From Anaerolineales bacterium (lineage in GTDB: Bacteria; Chloroflexota; Anaerolineae; Anaerolineales; UBA4823), in contig JAOSJQ010000001.1 of NCBI GenBank assembly GCA_027494035.1, positions 133,693 to 197,692 on the forward strand: a stretch of DNA of 64,000 nucleotides, given 5' to 3'. Made by a program: the position numbers and the translations under genes. The notes under the pieces were generated by a model, which searched no databases, was not told the origin of the DNA, and saw only the letters and a program-made list of their open reading frames with translations. Position 1 is the first letter of the stretch; every line of letters begins with the position of its first letter. This document shows, piece after piece, positions 29,296-38,955 of the stretch.

Positions 29296-29371
29296 GCCTT
29301 TAGATAAATTTTCATTTTTCAACAACATCTGGCGGGTTTCCTGATAAGACAGGTTTCCTGCCTCGCTGTTT

Positions 29372-29695
29372 TTACCCATTATTGACCTGGTCCTCAGCAT
29401 ATGGATCAATTTCGGGTAGTGTCTCCATATAACTCTTCAAGATGTCTAAATCTTTTTCGGTCAGCTCCATTTTCAACGCATGAGCTAAACCACCTTTTAT
29501 GCCGCTTGTCCAACAAGAGCGCAGGTTGTGCAAGTAAGCGCCCCTGCCAGCCATCTTACCACTCGGATCGATCTTTAGACCCTCAGCCGTCCGAACCACC
29601 CGCGTGAGCGAACGCTTGGCGAGCACCTTACGGCAGCCAACACAGGTGCGCAATGGGATATGTTTGCGCCTTGGTCCAGGTTTCTTCTTTGCCAC
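29372..29695 (-). CDS. ylxR: YlxR/RnpM family (DUF448) RNA-binding protein
   Basis: RKHIPLRTCVGCRKVLAKRSLTRVV...GRGAYL. Located between nusA and infB. Confidence 0.88.
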   Translation of the reverse strand: MAKKKPGPRRKHIPLRTCVGCRKVLAKRSLTRVVRTAEGLKIDPSGKMAGRGAYLHNLRSCWTSGIKGGLAHALKMELTEKDLDILKSYMETLPEIDPYAEDQVNNG

Positions 29696-29723
29696 ACGCT
29701 CACCAAACCGGATAATTCAGAAA

Positions 29724-31700
29724 CTACCACCCTTCTTCCCAACCCGGTTCGCCGCGCTTGTGCTTCTTCTTCATTAGAAGCACATCTTGATCGGGATCGT
29801 ACTCGACTTCCACGAATTTTTTCTTTTTCTTGCCCTTCTTCTTTTTGGTGTCCGCAGCGCCTTCTTCTTCCTGTTCAGTATCTTCATCCGCAAGAGAATA
29901 TTCCAGAATCTCCGGTCGTAGAGCAAAGATATCGTCCAGCGAGCTCGGTTCCTCCTCGGGCTCTTGTTCCCCGCTGGCAGGTTCGACTTCCGCAACTAAT
30001 TCTGCTTCCATTTCGGGGACCGCGGCTTCCAGCGGCTCTGGCAATTCAAGCTCGACAGGCTGCGCGGCTTCTGCTTCGACTAAATCACCTGCAACAGGCG
30101 CCTGCTCGATTTCGAGAGGCGCAATTTCCGCTTCCTCAGTCGGCGCCGTTTCGGCGGAGGGTTCAGCTTCCTCCGCAGCCGCAGCTTCTTCTGCACTGCG
30201 TAACTCTTCCTGAACCTTCTCAAGCGCCGCTTTCAATTCCTGCATGGCTTTGGGACCCATGCCGCTCAGTTTCCAGATCGAATCCTCATCGAGCGCCATT
30301 TGGAGCATCAGATCACCAACGGTCTGCAAACCGGTCTCACTAATCACCGCATAGACGCGGTCGGAAATATCGAAATCTTCCAGCGCAATCTTGAAAGCTT
30401 CGTCTTGGATGTTTGCCCGCGCCTTGAGTTCTTCCTCTTTTTCCGCTTGCAATTCGCTTTCGCGCTGGCGAATTAATCCACGCTCCACCCGGTCTACAAA
30501 CTGGATAAGGAGATGGTATTCTTCAGGCGTCACCGGGCGACCCTCAGACTTCTTAGCCAGGATAGCTTCCACCTGCGGAGCGCCGCTCTCTTCGCTGACG
30601 GCAATGCTGGCGTAGTCGGGGTCGTTTTGCAGCTTGTTAAGCGCATCCGAAGCCGCTTCTGGCAGGCTTTTGATATCGATCTTCCAGGCAGTCAGCTTTG
30701 CGCCTAAACGCGCATTCTGCCCATCCCGCCCGATTGCCAGGCTGAGCTGATCCTCAGGAACTACAACAGTTGCCGTCTTTACTCCCTTAGCGTGTTCGTT
30801 TAGATAGACGCCTGAGACCCGCGCCGGGCTCAATGCTTTGGCGATGTAGACTGCTGGATCTGAACTCCACTCAATGACATCGATCTTTTCGTCGTTGAGC
30901 TCGCGCACGATCGCCTGGATGCGCACCCCGCGGATGCCCACACAGGCGCCCACCGGATCAACTCCCGATTGCAGCGCTGCCACAGCCACCTTAGAGCGCT
31001 GCCCTGGCTCGCGGGCAATCGAGCGAATTTCAACCAACCCGTGATAGATTTCCGGAACTTCGTTCTCTAACAACCGCCGCAAAAAATTCCGGTGAGCCCG
31101 TGAAAGAATGATTTGCGGGCCGCGCGGCGTGACCACCACCTCTAACAGCAAAGCCCGCACGCGGTCGTGCACCCGAAATCGCTCGCCCAGGATTTGCTGG
31201 GCGCGGGGCATCTGACCTTCTGCCTTCATCTCCAGTCCCAGGGTCACCGCCTGGGAATTCACCGCCTGAACGACTCCGCTTACGATTTCACCGATTTGTT
31301 TACTAAAATAATTGAATTGCGCCTCGCGCTCCGCTTCCCGAATGCGCTGCTGAATAACCTGCCGGGCGGTTTGGGCTGCCACTCTGCCAAAGTTATTGGG
31401 CGTGGTCTCAACCACCAGCATATCGCCCAGGACGGCATTCTCGTCGACCTGGCGGGCATCCGTAAGCGAAACCTCCGTCCGCTCATCTTCAACGTCTTCA
31501 ACGATCTCTTTCTCCGCGAAGATCGTCATCCGACCGGTTTCCGGGTCGATGACTGCGTCGACGCGTTGGGCATTCGAAGCGTTGACATGCCTGCGGTAAG
31601 CAGATGCCAATGCCGCTTGAAGCGCCTCGACCACAATTTCTTTTGGCAAGCCTTTTTCTTCAAGCACTTCATTAAAAGCTAAAGCGAACTCGTTCTTCAT
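29724..31700 (-). CDS. nusA: transcription termination/antitermination factor NusA with a long acidic and Lys-rich C-terminal extension
   Basis: N-terminal domain, S1, KH1 and KH2 ([23 protein letters not shown]), one HhH-like module, then about 170 aa of E/A/P-rich sequence ending in [11 protein letters not shown]... Confidence 0.93.
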   Translation of the reverse strand: MKNEFALAFNEVLEEKGLPKEIVVEALQAALASAYRRHVNASNAQRVDAVIDPETGRMTIFAEKEIVEDVEDERTEVSLTDARQVDENAVLGDMLVVETTPNNFGRVAAQTARQVIQQRIREAEREAQFNYFSKQIGEIVSGVVQAVNSQAVTLGLEMKAEGQMPRAQQILGERFRVHDRVRALLLEVVVTPRGPQIILSRAHRNFLRRLLENEVPEIYHGLVEIRSIAREPGQRSKVAVAALQSGVDPVGACVGIRGVRIQAIVRELNDEKIDVIEWSSDPAVYIAKALSPARVSGVYLNEHAKGVKTATVVVPEDQLSLAIGRDGQNARLGAKLTAWKIDIKSLPEAASDALNKLQNDPDYASIAVSEESGAPQVEAILAKKSEGRPVTPEEYHLLIQFVDRVERGLIRQRESELQAEKEEELKARANIQDEAFKIALEDFDISDRVYAVISETGLQTVGDLMLQMALDEDSIWKLSGMGPKAMQELKAALEKVQEELRSAEEAAAAEEAEPSAETAPTEEAEIAPLEIEQAPVAGDLVEAEAAQPVELELPEPLEAAVPEMEAELVAEVEPASGEQEPEEEPSSLDDIFALRPEILEYSLADEDTEQEEEGAADTKKKKGKKKKKFVEVEYDPDQDVLLMKKKHKRGEPGWEEGW

Positions 31701-31745
31701 TTTTCAAACATCTCCACCTGGTACATGCAACTTGTGCTACATGCA

Positions 31746-31770
31746 GAAAAGTGGGGATCGCCCACTTTTC
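31746..31770 (-). terminator. A/T-flanked hairpin between the GNAT gene and nusA
   Basis: GAAAAGTGGG-gatcg-CCCACTTTTC (+ strand reading). The stem is symmetric, with an A tract and a T tract. Confidence 0.45.
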
Positions 31771-31883
31771 ATCAATGCCGGTATCGTAGCCACTTCCGAG
31801 AACCAGTTGAATTTTAGCATAAATATATTCGCAATGCAAGCGGATTGCTGGTCTGGAATTCAGTCTAACCTTGTATTAACGTA

Positions 31884-32414
31884 CTACCCCAGCAGCAATT
31901 TCTCCATGCGCCAGGCAGGTTCATTGACCTCGCGGCGCACCCCCAGATGATCGATGTATGCCCACTGCCCCGGTTCAGTTCCAATGATTTTATATCCATG
32001 CCGAAGGTAGAACTGCAGCGCTAATCTGTTTGTCTGGGCAACATTCAACGTTGCCCGTTCATAAAGCCGCCGGAATAAATCGTCCTCGATAAAACCCAAT
32101 ATCTTTGAGCCAACTCCAACGTTTCGATATGCGGATTTAACTCTGAAACCGTAAATATATGCCAGTTTATTTCCATCTGCAAGATCAAAGCGCTCGCTGG
32201 CAAGCTGGACAAAGACCTGCCCGATCAAGCCAACCTCACCCCATTCGGCGATCCAAATCAGCGCCCGTCCTTCGCGCGTGGTTTGAAAAATCTGACTGTA
32301 AAGCCTCCGATAATGGATGAACTCACCCTCCCATTCGAGCGCTGGAAGGTCACGTTCTTCCGCGTTGCGAATTTGAATTTGCGAAACCCATTCCGGCGTA
32401 TCCAAGCCATTCAC
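31884..32414 (-). CDS. GNAT family N-acetyltransferase
   Basis: Acetyl-CoA motif YRNVGVGSKILGF. The preferred start is GTG at 32414, overlapping the upstream stop (GTGA). The track ORF extends to 32519 inside the upstream gene. Confidence 0.75.
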   Translation of the reverse strand: MNGLDTPEWVSQIQIRNAEERDLPALEWEGEFIHYRRLYSQIFQTTREGRALIWIAEWGEVGLIGQVFVQLASERFDLADGNKLAYIYGFRVKSAYRNVGVGSKILGFIEDDLFRRLYERATLNVAQTNRLALQFYLRHGYKIIGTEPGQWAYIDHLGVRREVNEPAWRMEKLLLG

Positions 32415-35049
32415 TCCAGGCGGGGTTTCGGCGTCTCGCTGGCGGTTGAATGCCCTTCGAGCAGGGCTGCGAGACAGACTTTTTCCTCTTCGGCGTTTTT
32501 GATTTTTCCATCCAGCCAAGCCTCGCGCAATTTGCCGAGCAAAACTCGATAGACCGGTCCTGGCGGTATGCCGATGGCTTTGAGGTAATGACCGTCAATC
32601 GCCGGTTCGATTTTGCGCCAATTCTGTACGTAAGCAAGCAGCGCCTTGCGCAGTTCGGGGTCCCAGGCGGCTAAATAAAGGGCGTAACAGGCAAGCATCG
32701 GCTTGCTCTCTAGCTTTCGCACGACCTGGCTGGGGGGGAGTTTTTAAGCGCAGCGCGTTCCTGCCACAACTGGCAGGCGGAATGAACGGATTCCATGAGC
32801 GGGGTTGGAAGCTTCAAACGGCGGATCACCCCTTCCACTTCCTGCGGGCTGAGCTGGATCATCCAAAGAACGTAGCTCAGATCGCGCCGCAGCGGCTTGC
32901 CGCTATATGGCAGGTCCCATTCTGCGCCCGGATCGATATTCTGCAAGGCTTCGATTTGGTTGTAGTGCCAATCCTCCCAGTTCAATGCCGGATGGATCGC
33001 TTGAACCAATCCCAGGCTCGCCAACCGGCTGAGAATTTGGGGCGCAAACGAGGATTCAAGAATGTAATTCAGTTCATGGCGAACCCGGTCGCCGGAGAGC
33101 CGCTCAATCAACGGTCGGGCTTCCAGCAGCAGCTCCATAGTCCTTTCTTCGATCCGAAAGGCAAAGCGCTGCTCGAACCGCACCGCCCTCAGTATGCGGG
33201 TTGGATCGTCCACAAATGAAAGCGAATGCAGCACGCGCACCAGCCCGGTCCGCAGGTCATTCAAACCGCCCCAATAATCGTGCAGGTCGCCGTAATGACG
33301 CCCGTCCAGACGCATTGCCAGGGTGTTAATCGTGAAATCTCGGCGGTGCAGATCCAGCTTGATGCTGCCGCGCTCAACCGTGGGCAGAGCCGTAGGGTGG
33401 GTGTAAAACTCCGTCCGGGCAGAGACCAAATCCACGAACGGCAATCCTTCAACGCTGATTACCGCAGACGGTTTCCGTTCGCCTGGCTCGCCAAGGTGCC
33501 ATTTCGCGGTTCCAAAACGGGCATGCCCGGTGACCCGCCCGCCATAGCGCTTTGCCAGGGAGCGCGCCAGTTGAATGGCATCGCCTTCTACAACCAGGTC
33601 AAAATCCAGACTGGGGCGCTCGAGCAGCAGATCACGCAGGAATCCACCAACGATGTATAGCGCCGCATGGTGTTCGTGTGCAACCCCGGCAATTTTCTTC
33701 AACAAAGCCAGCCGCTCATGGGGTAACACCGATTCCAACCGGTTTGCCAGGTTCAATACACCCGAGGGCTTGGGTCCCGGCGCAAGGTTTTTCAACAAGT
33801 CCGTGCGGGTGACGATTCCGATCACTTCTCCGCTTTCGGCGTCAACCACGGGGATCTGACCCCAGCCGGTTTCGGTGACAAGCCGTTGCAGCTGGTCGAT
33901 TGAATCGTCAGGTTGGACGGAATAATTCCCTTTCTCCATCAACTGACCCACCGAATAATCCAAGCGATGTGCAATCGCCCGGTCGACTGCCCGGCGGGTG
34001 AGCAGCCCAACCACTTTGCCTTCTTCCACCACGGGATAACCTTCATAGCCATAACGGCGCATGCGCTGCGCGGCTTCTTGAACGGTGGTGTGGGTCCCAA
34101 GCACCTGCGGCCCGCTCGACATGATTTGGGCTACTGTGATCGCCGGCTGAACAAATTCCGGCAAACGGCGCACGAGTTCGTCACGCACTTCAGACAGTTC
34201 CTGCCCGCGAATCAACCCTGCCGCGGCGCGCTCGTGTCCGCCTCCGCCAAAGGTGCTGATCAGCGCCGCCACATCGATGTTGTCCGTTGTCGAACGCGCG
34301 ATGATCTGCACACCGCCGCGCGTCGTGACCAGCACGAATATGGCATCGGGGTCGAGCAAATCGCGCAATTTGTGGGCAACCGAAGACAACTCTTCTTCCA
34401 TATCCTGAGCATGACCGGTTGCCACAATGACCGTAAAACCGTGAATGTGATAATGCTCGGCTGAGGATCGCAGGCGGTCGTAAAGCGCCTGCTGCGCTTG
34501 TGAGAGCGGCTGGTTGATGAAATCGCTGACGATTGTCAGGCTCGCCCCTTGCTCGATCAGCAGCGCGGCGGCGCGCAAGTCGCGCGGCGTGGTGCGTGAA
34601 TACGTCAGCGAACCGGTATCTTCGTAAATCCCCAGAAGCATCAAGGTTGCATAGATCGGGTTCAGTGTACCATTACGCTCGAGCAACGCATCGATCAGGA
34701 TCGTCGTGGTCGCGCCAACGTCCTGGGTGGTGACAACCCAGCTTTCCGGCAGGCTGTCGCGCACCGGGTGATGATCGATGACTTCAATCTGAGTTGCTGC
34801 CGTCATGCCTTTCAGGGTTACCGGGGACTGCGTATCGACTAAGATCAGCTTCTCAATCTCCTGATTGGGAAGATCGCGCGGGTCAACAAACGGCAGTTCG
34901 GCGCCATAAAGAGCCAGAAAAGCGCGCACGTTGCGGTTCATCCGGCGCGGCAAGACCGGGAGGGCATGCTCATACAACAGGTATGCCCCAAGCAGGGATG
35001 CCAGCGCATCGAAATCCGTCTGTTCGTGGGTCAAAATGATCTGCATCAC
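32411..35049 (-). pseudogene. cca: DHH-DHHA1-CBS-CBS-tRNA nucleotidyltransferase (CCA-adding/poly(A) polymerase family) fusion; frame broken at the G7/C7 run 32732-32738
   Basis: Domains of the 779 aa ORF 32710-35049: DHH (HEQTDFDALAS, DHH), GGGH, two CBS, and the nucleotidyltransferase head (YIVGGFLRDLLL..DFDLVVEGD, RRDFTINTLA). ORF 32411-32722 in the -1 frame encodes the expected C-terminal region (IDGHYLKAIGIPPGPVYRVLLGKLREAWLDGKI). Confidence 0.8.
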
Positions 35050-35131
35050 AACAATTATAAAGGATATTGGATGCTATCCATTTAACCACGCTTTTACCAG
35101 CCTTGGAACGATCACCGTCTTTATGGCATAA

Positions 35132-35160
35132 TTGACGAATCTCGACCTGCCCCATATAAT
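35132..35160 (+). promoter_or_regulatory. near-consensus promoter TTGACG-17 nt-TATAAT with the ATG 7 nt downstream (leaderless mRNA)
   Basis: -35 at 35132-35137, -10 at 35155-35160, ATG at 35168, no SD. The TTG used as the start in the ORF track is the -35 hexamer. Confidence 0.6.
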
Positions 35161-35167
35161 CGACCGC

Positions 35168-35479
35168 ATGGATATTCAGGAATTGACCCAGGCTATGCAT
35201 GATTTCGTAACCGCCCAGGGGTGGTACGATCCAGAAAGCCCGCGCCCTCAAACCCCGCGCAACCTAGCCATCTCATTGAGCCTGGAGGCGAATGAGGTAT
35301 TGGAGCATTTTCAATGGAGCGACCGGCTGGATGATTTGCAAGGGTTATCGGATGAGTTAGCCGACGTGATGTTGTATTTGCTCCAGATTGCCAGCATAAC
35401 CGGCATAGACCTGGAAAAAGCCGTCCTTGAGAAGCTCGAAAAAAACTACGGCAGGAATTGGAGGCAAGATCAGGTATGA
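35168..35479 (+). CDS. MazG-like all-alpha nucleoside triphosphate pyrophosphohydrolase
   Basis: LSLEANEVLEHFQW....ELADVMLYLLQIA (EExxE/D-type metal-binding helices). About 103 aa. Confidence 0.75.
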   Translation: MDIQELTQAMHDFVTAQGWYDPESPRPQTPRNLAISLSLEANEVLEHFQWSDRLDDLQGLSDELADVMLYLLQIASITGIDLEKAVLEKLEKNYGRNWRQDQV

Positions 35480-36007
35480 ACGTTGTCGTATTTGGAGGTT
35501 CCCACCCCGATTCAACCGGCTACCAACAAGCCGAGCACCTGGGTTTCCTGCTCGGAAAAGCAGGACATGCGGTTCTCACCGGAGGGTACATCGGTTCAAT
35601 GGAAGCCGTCTCGAAAGGCGCCGCCGAAGCCGGAGCGCACGTCATCGGCGTGACCTGCAACCAGATCGAAAACTGGCGTTCCGGTGGACCCAATCAGTGG
35701 ATCAGTGAGGAGCGGCGTTTCGAGACCTTGCGAGAACGCCTGTTTGCCTTGATCGACGGCTGTGACGCAGCCATCGCCCTGCCGGGTGGACCGGGCACGT
35801 TGGCTGAAATTGCCCTGACCTGGAATCTTTTTGTTGACCGATGCAATCACTCCCCGACCGTTAATCCTGGTTGGCGCCGGCTGGCAAGATGTAATCGATA
35901 TGTTCTTTCAAGCGTTCAATAATTTCGTTCCTGAAAACCAGCGCACCTGGCTGAGCTTTGCCGACAACCCTGAACAGGCGCTGCATATTTTGTCTACCTG
36001 GCGCTGA
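35476..36007 (+). pseudogene. LOG family / TIGR00725-like Rossmann protein (nucleotide N-glycosidase-like); frame broken at the T5 run 35828-35832
   Basis: GGYIGSMEAVSKGA and LPGGPGTLAEI motifs. The ATG overlaps the mazG stop (ATGA). After the T5 run the +1 frame encodes LLTDAITPRPLILVGAGWQDVIDMFF...LSTWR*, the expected C-terminus. The in-frame continuation instead ends at 35922. Confidence 0.75.
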
Positions 36008-36032
36008 TTTCTGATCCTGGGCGGAGCCGTGA

Positions 36033-37544
<1,512 letters not shown>

Positions 37545-37546
37545 CC

Positions 37547-38359
37547 ATGCCTGCCATCCAACCAGCTCTCCTGCGGCAGCAGGCGGCAGAACTGGCGGAG
37601 CATTTCGCAGATCCGCCAGTTTTTATCCGCTCGCTGCATCATCTGCTAGGCTTTTACGCCGACCGGGCGCGCCATCCGGGTCAATCGGGCGCCCCCCCGC
37701 CGATAATTACAGCCTATAAAGTCCGCCCGCCAGTTCTGCGCATGATCCTGCAGCAGCTTATCCCTTTGGCGATCGAAGAACCACGAGCCGGGTTGGCGTT
37801 ATGCGATTCTTTATGGGCGGAGCCTTACCTCGAACCGCGCCTTCTGGCAGCGATGCTGCTCGGGCAGATTCCTGCCGAACCGCCAGCGCAGATACTGGAA
37901 CGCATTCTAGCCTGGCTCGCCCCTAACCTTGAGTTTTTCTTGATCGACGCGGTGATGAAGAATTCGTTTGTCAGGCTGCAAAAGGAACAGCCGCGCTCCA
38001 TCGTCCGCCTGATCCAAGATTGGCTGGCGCTGAAAGATCCTTTTTACAAGCAGTTGGGGCTGCGCGCGCTGCTGCCGTTGATCGAGAACCCGGAATTTCA
38101 AAATATGCCGGTCTTTTTCCGCCTCATTCAGCCGCTCACCAGCCAAACTCCGAGCGTCCTGAGACCGGATCTGCTGGACGTGTTGGTCGCCCTCGCCCGC
38201 CGCTCACCCCAGGAAACCGGGTTCTTCCTGCAGCAGACGCTGAACATGCCCGATTCAGAGGACACAGCCTGGTTGATCCGTCAATCGCTGGACGAATTTC
38301 CCCCTGAGCTTCAGCAAACCCTTCGGGCTGCAGAAAGACAGTCCGTTGAAAATCGATAA
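37547..38359 (+). CDS. hypothetical helical-repeat protein (possibly AlkD-like/HEAT-like)
   Basis: The ATG lies 2 nt after the proS stop. Leu-rich helical repeats throughout. The family assignment is tentative. Confidence 0.5.
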   Translation: MPAIQPALLRQQAAELAEHFADPPVFIRSLHHLLGFYADRARHPGQSGAPPPIITAYKVRPPVLRMILQQLIPLAIEEPRAGLALCDSLWAEPYLEPRLLAAMLLGQIPAEPPAQILERILAWLAPNLEFFLIDAVMKNSFVRLQKEQPRSIVRLIQDWLALKDPFYKQLGLRALLPLIENPEFQNMPVFFRLIQPLTSQTPSVLRPDLLDVLVALARRSPQETGFFLQQTLNMPDSEDTAWLIRQSLDEFPPELQQTLRAAERQSVENR

Positions 38360-38424
38360 TCTTCCATTTGCTATTCAATCCGGATCGCCGAAACGTGTTG
38401 ATTCGCAGTGGAACGTTTTGATTA

Positions 38425-38433
38425 TGGTATAAT
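38425..38433 (+). promoter_or_regulatory. putative extended -10 promoter (TGgTATAAT) of rpsO
   Basis: TGGTATAAT lies ~95 nt upstream of the rpsO ATG. Confidence 0.5.
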
Positions 38434-38527
38434 CGCTCCACCCTGACTAGACCTGCCGGCGGTATAACAGGCTGCCGACATGGAGACCTGCTTAGTCGAT
38501 CGAATTTTAGAAAGGAGTGCAGATGTC

Positions 38528-38800
38528 ATGGCACTGGATAAGGAAACAAAAACCCAATTAATTGAGGAATTCGCGCGCCATCAAGACGATACAGGATCGC
38601 CAGAAGTTCAGATCGCGATATTAACCAAACGGATCACGCAACTGACGGATCATCTGCGCATCAACACCCAAGACGAATCATCGCGGCGAGGCTTGTTGAA
38701 GCTGGTTGGACAGCGGCGCAGGTTACTGGCTTACATCCGCCGGAAAGATTATCAGCGTTACATGGCTCTCACAGACCGGCTGAGCATCCGCCGAAAATAG
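38528..38800 (+). CDS. rpsO: 30S ribosomal protein S15
   Basis: [33 protein letters not shown]...; 90 aa. AGGAG SD before the ATG at 38528. The track start at 38480 is upstream of the SD. Confidence 0.93.
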   Translation: MALDKETKTQLIEEFARHQDDTGSPEVQIAILTKRITQLTDHLRINTQDESSRRGLLKLVGQRRRLLAYIRRKDYQRYMALTDRLSIRRK

Positions 38801-38811
38801 AGCAATCAATC

Positions 38812-38852
38812 GAGTAGATGGGGCGCAGGTCCCTCATCTGCTCATTAATTTT
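38812..38852 (+). terminator. rpsO terminator/attenuator hairpin upstream of pnp
   Basis: GAGTAGATGGGG...CCCTCATCTGCTC (one G-U pair and one bulge) followed by ATTAATTTT. Confidence 0.5.
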
Positions 38853-38955
38853 AAGCCCATGCCCCAAGGTTGGGAATTGAAAGGCGGAGACAAAAACCAT
38901 TGTCGGCGGCTTTCAGTCCCTGACCAGGTGGGCAACAAACAGGAGAATATTCGTT

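Noticed and set aside
29165-29371. Possible remnant of ylxQ (L7Ae-like) between ylxR and infB.
   Set aside because: The longest minus-strand ORF is 31 codons (MLLKNENLSKGLLTDYSCLSATELLRTKMNV) and has no resemblance to YlxQ that I can detect.
31722-31745. TACATGCA direct repeats as a possible CRISPR or other repeat array.
   Set aside because: There are only two 8 nt copies, and no further repeats or cas genes anywhere in the window.
32411-32722. 103 aa ORF that could be called as an independent small gene.
   Set aside because: It encodes the conserved C-terminal region of the CCA-adding enzyme family and is reached from the upstream ORF by a 1 nt change in a C7 run. It is a gene fragment, not a separate gene.
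35132-35167. TTG at 35132 as the start codon of the mazG-like gene (the ORF-track start).
   Set aside because: This TTG is part of a TTGACG -35 hexamer spaced 17 nt from TATAAT. The added residues MTNLDLPHIIDR precede the point where I expect MazG-like homology to begin (MDIQELTQ...).
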